Assembly: GCA_002069725.1 (NCBI GenBank)
Contig: MWBW01000004.1
Span: 21,636-85,635 of the forward strand
Length of the DNA stretch: 64,000 nt
From: Firmicutes bacterium ADurb.Bin248
GTDB taxonomy: Bacteria; Bacillota; Clostridia; Christensenellales; CAG-138
Reading direction: 5' to 3'
Shown here: one piece after another, positions 17,401 to 26,872 of the stretch
Position numbering within the stretch: the first letter of the stretch is position 1
Layout: every line of letters begins with the position of its first letter
Position numbers and translations under genes: made by a program
The notes under the pieces: model-generated
Told to the model about the DNA's origin: nothing
Databases searched by the model: none
The model's input: the letters and a program-made list of their open reading frames with translations, nothing else

Positions 17401-18819
17401 TCAGTCTTTCGCGCCGCGGACGCTTTGCCGGGCCTCCGCGAGCCAGGCTTCGCTTTGCCCGATATGCGCTTCGACCGCCGAGGCGGCGGGGCCTCCGGGC
17501 AGGCAGCGTCCGTCCACGCAGGCGTCGAGCGATATGCTCTCGTATACGTCGGCGCCGAACGCCCAAGATACGGCCTGCAGCTCCGGGAGCGACAGCTCCT
17601 CGATGGCCTTGCCCTTCTCCAGGCAGTTGAAGACGAGCCTTCCCACGATTTCATGCGCCGTGCGGAACGGTAAGCCCTTCCTTACGAGATAATCCGCGGC
17701 GTCGGTGGCGTTGGTGAAGCCCTTCCCCGCTGCCGCGCACATGTTCTCTTCGCGAAAGCGCAGCGACGCGAACATGCGCGTGAAAATCGAGAGGCAGCCG
17801 TTGACGGTATCCAGCGCGTCGAAAGAAGCTTCCTTATCCTCCTGCATATCCTTGTTGTACGCGAGGGGCAGGCCCTTCATCAGCGTCAGCAGCCCCATCA
17901 GATCGCCGTACACGCGGCCCGTCTTGCCTCGGATGAGCTCGGCGACATCCGGATTCTTCTTCTGCGGCATGATGGACGAGCCGGTCGAAAACGCGTCGTC
18001 CATCTCCACGAAGCGGAATTCGTCCGTGCTCCAGAGTATCAGTTCCTCGCAGAAGCGCGAGAGGTGCATCATCGCCACCGACGAAGCCGCGGCGAACTCG
18101 ATGCAAAAGTCCCTGTCGCTCACAGCGTCCATGCTGTTGCGCGAGATCGCCGAAAAGCCGAGCTGCGCGCGCACCATCTCCCGGTCGAGCGGATATGTGC
18201 TGCCCGCGAGCGCGCCCGCGCCCAGGGGCATCTCGTCCATGCGCTTTTTGCAGTCCGCAAAGCGGCCGACGTCGCGCCGGAACATCTCGAAATAGGCCAT
18301 CAGATGATGCGCGAGCGTGACGGGCTGCGCTTTTTGCATGTGCGTATAGCCGGGCATGACGGTGCGCGTATGCGCCTTGGCCGTGCTCAGCAGCGCCGAT
18401 TGCAGCGCGAGGAGGTTGCCGATCACGGCGTCCGTGCCGCGCGTCAGATAGAGCCTGAAGTCGAGCGCGACCTGGTCGTTGCGGCTGCGCCCCGTGTGCA
18501 CGCGCTTGCCCGCCTCGCCGACGCGCGCGATGAGGAGCTGCTCCACGTTCATGTGGACGTCCTCGGCGCTCTTTTTGAGCGTCAGCTTCCCCGCCTCGCA
18601 TTCCGCGAGGATTCCAAGCAGGCCTTCTTCTATTTTTTCCGCCTCCGCGGGCGGTATGATACCCTGGGCGCCGAGCATGCGCGCGTGCGCGAGAGAGCCC
18701 TGTATGTCCTCGCGCGCCATGCGGCAGTCCACGGCCACGGAGGAATGGAAATCCTCCATCGCCTCGTCCGCCGCCTTTTGGAAGCGGCCGCCCCACAGCT
18801 TTTTTTCCGTTTGCTCCAT
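17401..18819 (-). CDS. argH: argininosuccinate lyase, 472 aa
   Basis: KLWGGRFQ, GYTHMQKAQP, GSSIMPQKKNPD signature. ATG at 18819 (MEQTEKKLWGGRF). Confidence 0.95.
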   Translation of the reverse strand: MEQTEKKLWGGRFQKAADEAMEDFHSSVAVDCRMAREDIQGSLAHARMLGAQGIIPPAEAEKIEEGLLGILAECEAGKLTLKKSAEDVHMNVEQLLIARVGEAGKRVHTGRSRNDQVALDFRLYLTRGTDAVIGNLLALQSALLSTAKAHTRTVMPGYTHMQKAQPVTLAHHLMAYFEMFRRDVGRFADCKKRMDEMPLGAGALAGSTYPLDREMVRAQLGFSAISRNSMDAVSDRDFCIEFAAASSVAMMHLSRFCEELILWSTDEFRFVEMDDAFSTGSSIMPQKKNPDVAELIRGKTGRVYGDLMGLLTLMKGLPLAYNKDMQEDKEASFDALDTVNGCLSIFTRMFASLRFREENMCAAAGKGFTNATDAADYLVRKGLPFRTAHEIVGRLVFNCLEKGKAIEELSLPELQAVSWAFGADVYESISLDACVDGRCLPGGPAASAVEAHIGQSEAWLAEARQSVRGAKD

Positions 18820-18877
18820 ATGATGTTTTTTCCCTTCCGTCCGGAACCGGCCCGGCCGAAACCGCCGGGCGGCCCCC

Positions 18878-20086
18878 TTACTTCGCGGCGTTCCTGTCCA
18901 GGAGCGCGCGCACCTTGATGGGCAGGCTGAACAGGCTGATGAAGCCCGCGGCGTCCTTCTGGTTGTAGGTCTGCTCCTTCTCGAAGGTCGCCAGTATCGG
19001 GTCGTACATGCTGTACGGGCTTTTGACGCCCGCGTGGTAGGTCCTGCCCTTGAAGAGCTTGAGGCGCGCCACGCCCGTGGTCCTCTCCTGCATGACGTCC
19101 ACCGCGGCGGCGAGCGCCTCGCGAAGCGGCGTATACCATTTGCCGTCGTAGACGGTGTCGGCGTAACGCTGGGCAAGCTGGTGCTTGAAGTGCATCGTGT
19201 CGCGGTCGAGCGTGATCGACTCGAGATACTCAAGCGCGTCGTAGAGTATGGTGCCGCCCGGGGTTTCGTAGACGCCGCGGCACTTGATGCCCACAAGGCG
19301 GTTCTCCACCATGTCGTCTATGCCTATGGCGTGCTTCGCGCCCAGCGCGTTGCACTTTGAAACGAGCGCCACGGGATCGAGCGCCTCCCCGTTCACCGAT
19401 ACGGGCACGCCCTTTTCAAAGCCGATCTCGATGTAATCCGCAGCGTCCGGCGTTTTGCCGGGCGCCGTATCGACCAGATACAGGCTGTCCTTGGGCTCGT
19501 TCCACGGGTCCTCGAGGTCGAGCCCCTCGTGCGAAAGGTGCCAGAGGTTGCGGTCCATGCTGTACGTTTCCTCGGCGCTGAACTGCAGGGGAACGTTCTT
19601 CTCGCGCGCGTATTCGATTTCCTCCTTGCGGCCTTTGATGTCCCATATGCGCCAGGGCGCGATGACGCGCATCTCCGGCGCGAACGCCTTGATGGTCAGC
19701 TCGAAACGCACCTGATCGTTGCCCTTGCCCGTGCAGCCGTGCGCGATGGCGGTGCAGTTCTCCCCAAGGGCGACCTTGACGAGCCGCTTGGCGATGACGG
19801 GGCGCGCGGTGGCCGTGCCCAGAAGATATTTGTTCTCGTACTTCGCGCCCACCTTGAGCGTGGGGAACACGAAATCCCGGATATACTCCTGCCTGGCGTC
19901 CTCGATGTAGATTTTGCTCGCGCCCGTCCTGATCGCCTTCTCGCGCAGCGGCGCGAGCTCCTCCCCCTGCCCCACGTCCACGGCGACGGCGATCACCTCG
20001 CAGTCGTAGTTTTCCTTGAGCCACGGGATCATGACGGAGGTATCGAGCCCTCCCGAATAAGCCAGAGCGATTTTTTCCTTTGCCAT
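18878..20086 (-). CDS. argG: argininosuccinate synthase, 402 aa
   Basis: [10 protein letters not shown]-loop-like motif and full-length ArgG pattern. Confidence 0.95.
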   Translation of the reverse strand: MAKEKIALAYSGGLDTSVMIPWLKENYDCEVIAVAVDVGQGEELAPLREKAIRTGASKIYIEDARQEYIRDFVFPTLKVGAKYENKYLLGTATARPVIAKRLVKVALGENCTAIAHGCTGKGNDQVRFELTIKAFAPEMRVIAPWRIWDIKGRKEEIEYAREKNVPLQFSAEETYSMDRNLWHLSHEGLDLEDPWNEPKDSLYLVDTAPGKTPDAADYIEIGFEKGVPVSVNGEALDPVALVSKCNALGAKHAIGIDDMVENRLVGIKCRGVYETPGGTILYDALEYLESITLDRDTMHFKHQLAQRYADTVYDGKWYTPLREALAAAVDVMQERTTGVARLKLFKGRTYHAGVKSPYSMYDPILATFEKEQTYNQKDAAGFISLFSLPIKVRALLDRNAAK

Positions 20087-20130
20087 ATGCCTGCCTCCAT
20101 TAAAACAATGCAGAGATTATAACTCTTAAA

Positions 20131-20144
20131 TGTATAAATATGCA
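20131..20144. promoter_or_regulatory. possible ARG box (ArgR/AhrC operator) upstream of argG
   Basis: TGTATAAATATGCA, whose reverse complement TGCATATTTATACA is a near-palindrome. It matches roughly 12/14 positions of the TGAATwwwwATTCA core and lies 45-58 nt upstream of the argG start. Confidence 0.3.
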
Positions 20145-20227
20145 AGACGCCGGGCAAAATATATTATCATTGCGCCGCGTAAAGCAAAGAAATATCGAAA
20201 GCGGCACCGTTCCTCCAAAACGCGCAA

Positions 20228-20252
20228 GCGCCCGCGGTTTCCCCGCGGGCGC
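20228..20252 (-). terminator. terminator after the SulP gene
   Basis: GCGCCCGCGG-5 nt-CCGCGGGCGC (10-bp stem), followed on the minus strand by TTGCGCGTTTT. Confidence 0.55.
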
Positions 20253-20276
20253 CGGATTTTATGGAGTTTACATCGC

Positions 20277-21920
20277 TTATACGTTCCCCGCGCAGCCACA
20301 CATTTCGACGAGCAGCCTGTCCACGCTGCGGTAAAACCTGCGCGCGCCGAGCTTATCGTACAGTTCGCATTCCCTGAGCTTCTCGAGCACCCTGTCCTGC
20401 GCGCCGCAAACCGCGAGCTGTATCCCGCGCTCCGCGCACGCCTCGCAGTAATCCGAAAGCGCGGTGACGGCGCTGATGTCAATGAGGGGCACGCCGCGTA
20501 TGGAAAGAATCACCGTGTCGCAGCCTTCGACGCGCCCGAGCTCGCGGATGAGCTTGCCGGAGTTGACGAAGAACAGCGGCCCCGTGATGTAGACGACGAC
20601 GGCGTTCCTGCAGGGCCCCTCGACGTCGCGCTCACACAGGTGCATCTTGCCGTTCTCCACGCGCGAGCTTGTGACCTCGAGCCGCGACACGCGGATCAGG
20701 AACACGACGAGCGCCACGGCGATGCCGAGCAGTATCGCAAGCGTCAGGTCGAAGGCGACGGTCGCCGCCATGGTCACGAGGAATTTGACGATCGGCCCCT
20801 TGAGCTTTTTGCCGAAATACTGGCGGATGTTCTCCCAGTCGTTCATGCGCCAGGCTGTGACGACGAGCACGCCCGCGAGCGCGCACAGCGGCAGGTTTCG
20901 AAACACCGGCGAGAGCGCGAGCGCGCAAAGCAGCAGCACGAGCGAATGGAACATGCCCGTCAGCCGCGTTTGCCCGCCAGATTTGATGGCCACGCTCGTG
21001 CGGGCGATGGCCGCCGTCGCGGGCACGCCGCCGAAGAAGGGCAGCAGCATGTTGCCCACGCCCTGCGAGACCAGCTCGCGGTCGGCGTCATACCCCTCCT
21101 TCTTCATGCGCGCCGCGCTCGACGCGCACAGCAGGCTTTCGATGAGCGCGAGCGCCGCGATGGAAAGCGCGCCGGGCAGGTATCCGGGCAGCTCGCCGAG
21201 GGAGAGATCGCCGAACCGCAGGCGCTGCGAGAGGAGTATGCTGCGCGGAATTTCGCCGACCGTGGCGACCGCGGGCCTGAACAGACTCACCGCGAGCGTG
21301 GCAAGCACGATGGCAACGAGCGACGCGGGAACCCGCGCGTTCCATTTCCTGGGCCAGATGAGCATAAGCGCGATCGTGCACGCGCCTATGAGCGCGCTCG
21401 CGAGGTTCACATGGAAGCCGATGGCGAAGTACGAACCGAGCTTTTCGAGTATGGATTCCCCCGCCGACGCCGTGCCGAGCAGGTTGTCGATCTGCCCGAG
21501 CGCGATCACGAGCGCGATGCCCGTGGTAAAGCCCGTGATGACGGGTATGGGGATGTACTCGACGAGCCGCCCGAGCCGGAATACGCCGCACAGCAGCAGC
21601 AACGCGCCCGCGATCAGGCAGGTGACGAACATGCCCCTGAGTCCCGATTTGGCGACGAGCGCGATCAAAACCGCGGTCATCGCGCCCGTCGGCCCCGAAA
21701 CCTGGTACGACGCGCCGGAAAGAACGCTCATCACGAACCCGCCGATGACGGCTGTGACGAGCCCCGCCGCCGCGTCCGCGCCGCTCGAGATGCCGAACGC
21801 CAGCGCGAGCGGCAGCGCGACCGCCGCGACCGTGACGCCCGCCATCAGATCCTTAACGAGCTTCGCCCCGTTATATCCCGCGAATTCGCGCCTGAGGTCG
21901 CCGATATATTTTGAGATCAT
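20277..21920 (-). CDS. SulP-family anion transporter with C-terminal STAS domain, 547 aa
   Basis: Multi-TM SulP core (GISSGADAAAGL..., PATAAIARTS) followed by a STAS-like tail (VVVYITGPLFFVNS...). Confidence 0.9.
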   Translation of the reverse strand: MISKYIGDLRREFAGYNGAKLVKDLMAGVTVAAVALPLALAFGISSGADAAAGLVTAVIGGFVMSVLSGASYQVSGPTGAMTAVLIALVAKSGLRGMFVTCLIAGALLLLCGVFRLGRLVEYIPIPVITGFTTGIALVIALGQIDNLLGTASAGESILEKLGSYFAIGFHVNLASALIGACTIALMLIWPRKWNARVPASLVAIVLATLAVSLFRPAVATVGEIPRSILLSQRLRFGDLSLGELPGYLPGALSIAALALIESLLCASSAARMKKEGYDADRELVSQGVGNMLLPFFGGVPATAAIARTSVAIKSGGQTRLTGMFHSLVLLLCALALSPVFRNLPLCALAGVLVVTAWRMNDWENIRQYFGKKLKGPIVKFLVTMAATVAFDLTLAILLGIAVALVVFLIRVSRLEVTSSRVENGKMHLCERDVEGPCRNAVVVYITGPLFFVNSGKLIRELGRVEGCDTVILSIRGVPLIDISAVTALSDYCEACAERGIQLAVCGAQDRVLEKLRECELYDKLGARRFYRSVDRLLVEMCGCAGNV

Positions 21921-22076
21921 ATTCGTCCCCCATTCATACTCGCAACAAGCATGTATGTTACCACAAAACGGATGGAAATGGAACCGCTTTTTCGAAGCCC
22001 CGCGCAGAAAAAAGCGCGCATCCCGTCGGAAGGCGCGCGTGCCGCGTTTTCGTTATGCCCGCCGCGCCCCGCGCGC

Positions 22077-22763
22077 TTACAGGTCGCCCGCGCTCAGGCC
22101 GAGCGCGTTGATGGTGTGGCGGATGTGGATGTTCATGGCGCTTTTCGCGCCCGCGCCGTCCCTCAGGCGCAGGAAGTTGCACATGTCACGGTTGTCGTAG
22201 ATCACGATGTTCTTGAGCGCTTCGGTGTTGTCGCTCATCTCCATGGCCTCGTTCACCGCGGCGGTGATGATCGGGAACATGCGTATGATGAACTCGTTGT
22301 GCGAGGCGGCGGCGATCATCTCGTGGAACTTCTGGTCCTCGCCCGGCCAGTTTCCGTCCGCGCGGACCATTCTTTCGACGAGCTGCGCCTGGTCGAAGAT
22401 GCGCTGCAGCTCCTCCTCCGTGGCGCGAAAGCACGCGAGCATGATGCAGTGCGGCTCGAACATCAGCCGGATCTCGTACATATCCCCCAGGCGCGCATGG
22501 CTCAGCGCGCCCAGGTCGTATTTGTTGAAGGCGGCAAGATCCTCGCTGATAAAGGTGCCCCGCCCCCGCTGCACGCTCAAAACGCCGCGCGCGACGAGGT
22601 AGCGCACCGCCTCGCGCAGCGTCGTGCGGCTGACGCCCAGCTTCTGCGAAAGATCGTTCTCGTTGGGCAGCTTTTCGCCCGGCGCGAACGTCTTTTGCAG
22701 CACGATCATGCTGTAGAGCTCGTTTGCCGTGCGCTCCGACAGGCTGCCGCTTCCATTTGCCAT
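22077..22763 (-). CDS. GntR/FadR-family transcriptional regulator, 228 aa
   Basis: LPNENDLSQKLGVSRTTLREAVRYLVARGVL wHTH plus an FCD-like helical domain. ATG at 22763 after GGGAGGG. Confidence 0.85.
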   Translation of the reverse strand: MANGSGSLSERTANELYSMIVLQKTFAPGEKLPNENDLSQKLGVSRTTLREAVRYLVARGVLSVQRGRGTFISEDLAAFNKYDLGALSHARLGDMYEIRLMFEPHCIMLACFRATEEELQRIFDQAQLVERMVRADGNWPGEDQKFHEMIAAASHNEFIIRMFPIITAAVNEAMEMSDNTEALKNIVIYDNRDMCNFLRLRDGAGAKSAMNIHIRHTINALGLSAGDL

Positions 22764-22844
22764 GCCGACTGCCCTCCCGGTTATATTGGCAGAATTATAC
22801 ATCATATATTCTTCCGTTTCAAGGCCGCTACGCGCTCCGTCCCC

Positions 22845-22871
22845 TTGACATACTACATCATATCATATAGT
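22845..22871 (+). promoter_or_regulatory. putative ptb operon promoter
   Basis: TTGACA (22845-50), 15-nt spacer, TATAGT (22866-71). The spacer is short, hence the low confidence. Confidence 0.35.
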
Positions 22872-22874
22872 CTG

Positions 22875-22885
22875 TTGTCGGACAA
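22875..22885. promoter_or_regulatory. candidate GntR-family operator
   Basis: Perfect TTGTC-G-GACAA palindrome fitting the generic GntR t.GT...AC.a pattern. It lies between the putative promoter and the ptb start and is flanked by two copies of CATATCATA (22859-67, 22891-99). Confidence 0.35.
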
Positions 22886-22927
22886 ATAAACATATCATAA
22901 TACATCAGTGAAATTTGGGAGCCGCAT

Positions 22928-23836
22928 ATGACCATGACTTTGGATGCCCTGACCCGCGCGCGTTACGCCGTGCGCCCGGTCGTCGCCGTCGCGGCGGCGC
23001 AGGACGCCTGCGTGCTGCACGCGCTTCGCGAGGCGGTGGACCTCGAACTGTGCGACGCGCTGCTCGTCGGCGATGCGGACGCGATACGCGGCATCGCCGC
23101 GCGCGAGGGGATCGACCTTTCCAAAATGGAGATACTCCCCTGTCCGGATGAGAAGGAGTGCTGCAAGAAGGCCGTGCGGCTCGTGCACGACGGGAACGCG
23201 CAGGCCGTGATGAAAGGCCTCGTGGGCACGGCGACGATACTCCACGAGGTGCTCGACGCGTACTACGGATTGAGGAAGAACAAGCTGCTCTCCTACGCGA
23301 GCGTATTCGAGCTGCCCGGCTTCGACCGGCCCATCTACCTGACGGACCCGGCGATGAACATGTACCCCGACCTTGAGGACAAGCGGCACATCATCGAGAA
23401 CGCCCTCGAAGTCGCCAAAGCCTTCGGCAACAGGCGGCCCGTCGTGGCCTGTCTGTGCGCCATAGAGCACGTCAACCCCAAAATGCGCTGCACGCTGGAC
23501 GCCGCGGAGCTCACGCGCATGAACCGCGAGGGCGAAATCGAGGATTGCGTGGTCACAGGCCCGCTCGCGCTGGACAACTGCCTCTACCGCGAGGCCGCGC
23601 TCCACAAGGGAATCGAGGACCCGTGCGCCGGATACGCGGACATATTGCTCGCGCCCGAGATCGAAACCGGCAACGCGCTCTACAAATCCTTCGCGCTCGT
23701 GGCGAAGGCGCCGCATGCGGGCGTGCTCGTGGGCGCGTCCGCGCCCGTGATACTCACGAGCCGCGCGGATGAGGAGAGCACCAAGCTATTTTCCATCGCG
23801 TTGGCGATGCGCATGGCATACGAAAGGATGGCCTGA
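22928..23836 (+). CDS. ptb: phosphate butyryltransferase (phosphotransacylase), 302 aa
   Basis: Full-length Ptb-like sequence (MKGLVGTATILHEV..., LTDPAMNMYPD, PEIETGNALYK). Confidence 0.9.
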   Translation: MTMTLDALTRARYAVRPVVAVAAAQDACVLHALREAVDLELCDALLVGDADAIRGIAAREGIDLSKMEILPCPDEKECCKKAVRLVHDGNAQAVMKGLVGTATILHEVLDAYYGLRKNKLLSYASVFELPGFDRPIYLTDPAMNMYPDLEDKRHIIENALEVAKAFGNRRPVVACLCAIEHVNPKMRCTLDAAELTRMNREGEIEDCVVTGPLALDNCLYREAALHKGIEDPCAGYADILLAPEIETGNALYKSFALVAKAPHAGVLVGASAPVILTSRADEESTKLFSIALAMRMAYERMA

Positions 23837-23837
23837 T

Positions 23838-24905
23838 ATGGCGTACCGCGTGCTGGCGATCAACCCCGGCTCGACCTCTACGAAAATCGCCGTCTACGAA
23901 GGAGATTCCCCCCTGTTTGAAACCACGCTCCGGCATGCGCCCGAGGAGCTGTCGGCCTGCGCAGACCTCGCGGCGGCGCTGGCGTTCCGGCGGGGCATCG
24001 TGCTCGGCGCGCTCGCGGAGCGCGGCGTGCCCATCGCCTCGCTCGACGCGGTGATCGGCCGCGGCGGCATGCTGCGCCCCATAGAGGGCGGCGTATACGC
24101 CGTGAACGAGCGCATGCTGGGCGACCTTCGCGAAAAAAGATATGGCGACCACGCCTCCAACCTCGGCGCGTTCCTTGCCAAGGAAATCGCGGCGGGCGCG
24201 AACCTGCCCGCCTACATCGCCGACCCGGTCGTGACCGACGAACTGCACGATCTCGCGCGCCTCTCGGGGCATCCGGAGATCACGCGCGTATCCGTTCTTC
24301 ACGCGCTCAACCAGAAGGCCGTGGCGAAGCGCTACTGCCGGGGCCAGAACCTTCGCTACGAGGAAACGAACCTCATCGTCGCCCACATGGGCGGCGGCGC
24401 TTCCGTGGGCGCGCACGAGAAAGGCCGCATCGTCGATGTGAACGACGGGCTCGGCGGCGACGGCCCCTTCAGCGCGCAGCGCTGCGGCGGGCTTCCCGCA
24501 ACAGGGCTCGTCAGGCTGTGCCTTCGCCGGAACCTGCCCGCCGCCGACATGATACGCGAGCTCACCACGCGCGGCGGCCTGATCGGATATCTGGGCACGG
24601 ACGACGGGCGCGAGATCCACCGGCGCGCGCTTGCGGGCGACGAACGCGCGCGCCTCGTCTACGAGGGCATGGCCTATCAGGTCTCAAAGGAGATCAGCGC
24701 GTGCGCCGCCGTGCTCAAGGGCAGCGTCGAGGCGATCATACTCACGGGCGGCTTCGCCTACGACGAGCTGATCACCGGCTGGATTACGCAGCGCGTGAGC
24801 TTCATAGCCCGGGTCGTCGTCATGCCCGGCGAGGACGAGCTGCGCGCGCTGTGCGAGGCCGCGTGCCGCGCGCTTGACGGCGGGGAGCCGATCAAGGTAT
24901 ATTAG
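23838..24905 (+). CDS. buk: butyrate (branched-chain fatty acid) kinase, 355 aa
   Basis: VLAINPGSTSTKIAVYE and AHMGGGASVGAH ASKHA motifs. ATG 1 nt after the ptb stop. Confidence 0.9.
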   Translation: MAYRVLAINPGSTSTKIAVYEGDSPLFETTLRHAPEELSACADLAAALAFRRGIVLGALAERGVPIASLDAVIGRGGMLRPIEGGVYAVNERMLGDLREKRYGDHASNLGAFLAKEIAAGANLPAYIADPVVTDELHDLARLSGHPEITRVSVLHALNQKAVAKRYCRGQNLRYEETNLIVAHMGGGASVGAHEKGRIVDVNDGLGGDGPFSAQRCGGLPATGLVRLCLRRNLPAADMIRELTTRGGLIGYLGTDDGREIHRRALAGDERARLVYEGMAYQVSKEISACAAVLKGSVEAIILTGGFAYDELITGWITQRVSFIARVVVMPGEDELRALCEAACRALDGGEPIKVY

Positions 24906-24909
24906 GGAT

Positions 24910-25581
24910 ATGGAAAACCGACTTACTATCGTCACGGGCCACTACGGCAGCGGCAAGACCGAGTTCGCGGTCAACCTCGCGGTCGCCTTCGCGCGCGAGG
25001 GGCGCGCCGTGACGCTCGCCGACCTCGACATCGTGAACCCGTACTTCTGCTCGCGCGAACGGAAGGCTGAGCTCGAGGCCGAGGGCGTGCGGGTCATACT
25101 CTCCTCGGGCGGCAACGCGGACCTGCCCGCCGTCAACCCCGCCGTAAACGCGCTGTTCGAACCGAATGTCTGCGGCGTCATGGACGTCGGGGGCGACCCG
25201 GCGGGCGCACGCGTGCTCGGACGATTCGCCGCAAGGATACGCGAAACAGACCATGAGCTCCTTTGCGTGGTGAACTTCAACCGGCCGGAAACCGCGACGC
25301 CCGAAAAGGCGGAGCGTTATCTCCGCGAGATCGAGCGCAGCGCGAAGCTTGCCGTCACGGGGCTCGTGCACAACACGCACCTGTGCGGCGACACGACGGC
25401 CGCCGACGTGCTGCGCGGCGCGGAACTCGCACGGGAGCTCGCCGGGCAAACGGGCATACCCATACGCTATCACGCGCTCGCGCGCAGGCTGATGGATCAA
25501 GTCAACATTTCCACGGGCGAACCGTTCCCGATGGATATCTATATGAAAAAACCCTGGGAAATCGAGCCGACGGAGGAATAA
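24910..25581 (+). CDS. P-loop NTPase of unknown role, 223 aa
   Basis: Walker A TGHYGSGKTEFAVNLA and MinD/CobQ-like layout. Sits between buk and the oxidoreductase genes. Confidence 0.7.
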   Translation: MENRLTIVTGHYGSGKTEFAVNLAVAFAREGRAVTLADLDIVNPYFCSRERKAELEAEGVRVILSSGGNADLPAVNPAVNALFEPNVCGVMDVGGDPAGARVLGRFAARIRETDHELLCVVNFNRPETATPEKAERYLREIERSAKLAVTGLVHNTHLCGDTTAADVLRGAELARELAGQTGIPIRYHALARRLMDQVNISTGEPFPMDIYMKKPWEIEPTEE

Positions 25582-25586
25582 ACTGC

Positions 25587-25796
25587 ATGGCAGGAAAAGT
25601 GAGCTTCGACCGGAACCGCTGCAAGGGCTGCGAGCTGTGCGTCGCCGTGTGCCCCAAGCACATCATCGCGCTGGACGCCGCCACGAACGTAAAAGGGTAC
25701 CATCCCGCGACGGTGGAGCGCATGGAGGAATGCACGGCCTGCGCCTCCTGCGCGCGCATGTGCCCCGACAGCGTCATTACCGTGGAAAGGGTGTGA
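25587..25796 (+). CDS. 2-oxoacid:ferredoxin oxidoreductase delta subunit (2x[4Fe-4S] ferredoxin), 69 aa
   Basis: CKGCELCVAVCP and CTACASCARMCP cluster motifs. Confidence 0.85.
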   Translation: MAGKVSFDRNRCKGCELCVAVCPKHIIALDAATNVKGYHPATVERMEECTACASCARMCPDSVITVERV

Positions 25797-25801
25797 GCAA
25801 C

Positions 25802-26872
25802 ATGGCAAAGGAACTCTGGAAAGGCAACGAGGCGGTCGCCGAAGCCGCCATCCGCGCGGGCTGCCGCTATTTCTTCGGCTACCCGATCACGCCGCAGAAC
25901 GAGATACCCGAGTATCTCTCCCGCCATCTGCCCGAGCACGGCGGCTGCTTCGTGCAGGCGGAAAGCGAGATCGCGGCCATCAACATGGTCTACGGCGCCG
26001 CGGGCTCGGGCGCGCGCGTGATGACGTCCTCCTCCTCCCCCGGCATCAGCCTCAAGCAGGAGGGCGTCACCTACATCGCCTGCGCGGAGCTGCCCGCGGT
26101 CATCGTCAACATGATGCGCGGGGGGCCGGGCCTGGGCAACATCGCGCCCTCCCAGGCGGACTATTATCAGGCGACGCGCGGCGGCGGCAACGGGGATTAC
26201 CGCACGGTCGTGCTCGCGCCCGCGACCATACAGGAGGCCGCGGACTTCACGCAGGAGGCCTTCGACATCGCCGATTATTACCGCACGCCCGTCGTGGTGC
26301 TCGCGGACGGCATGATCGGCCAGATGATGGAGGCCATCGAGTGGCGAAAGCCCAAAGAGCGCGCGCTCCCGCCCAAGGATTGGGCGACGGACGGCACCAG
26401 GGGCAAGCGGCCGCACAACATCATCAACTCCCTTTACATCGACGCGAAGGACTGCGCCGTGCAGAACCGGAAGCTTCAGGAGAAATACGACCGCATCACG
26501 GAAACCGAGGTCCGCTATGAGGAGTTCATGGCGCAGGATGCGGAAATCCTCTTCGTCGCCTACGGCACGACCGCACGCATCGCGCGCGCCGCCGTGCTCA
26601 AGCTCCGTAAGGACGGCGTGAAGGCGGGTCTGTTCCGCCCCGTCACGCTCTGGCCCTTCCCCGAGAAGGCGCTCCGCGAGTGCGCGGCGCACGAAAACGT
26701 CGCGGCCGTCATAGACGTGGAGTTGAGCATGGGCCAGATGATCGACGACGTGAAGATCGCGCTCGCGGGCGCGAAACCCGTCCGCTTCGTGGGGATGGGA
26801 GGCGGCGCGATACCGGCGCCGCAGGAGCTCGTCGACGAGGCGTACAAGGCTTTAGGGAGGTGCGGAAAATGA
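25802..26872 (+). CDS. 2-oxoacid:ferredoxin oxidoreductase alpha subunit, 356 aa (VOR-like by context)
   Basis: GNEAVAEAAIRAGCRYFFGYPITPQNEI N-terminus typical of KorA/VorB/PorA. Confidence 0.9.
   Translation: MAKELWKGNEAVAEAAIRAGCRYFFGYPITPQNEIPEYLSRHLPEHGGCFVQAESEIAAINMVYGAAGSGARVMTSSSSPGISLKQEGVTYIACAELPAVIVNMMRGGPGLGNIAPSQADYYQATRGGGNGDYRTVVLAPATIQEAADFTQEAFDIADYYRTPVVVLADGMIGQMMEAIEWRKPKERALPPKDWATDGTRGKRPHNIINSLYIDAKDCAVQNRKLQEKYDRITETEVRYEEFMAQDAEILFVAYGTTARIARAAVLKLRKDGVKAGLFRPVTLWPFPEKALRECAAHENVAAVIDVELSMGQMIDDVKIALAGAKPVRFVGMGGGAIPAPQELVDEAYKALGRCGK

Noticed and set aside
20130-21914. 594-aa plus-strand ORF
   Set aside because: It is antisense to the SulP transporter. It is extremely Arg/Asp/Glu/His-rich and matches no family.
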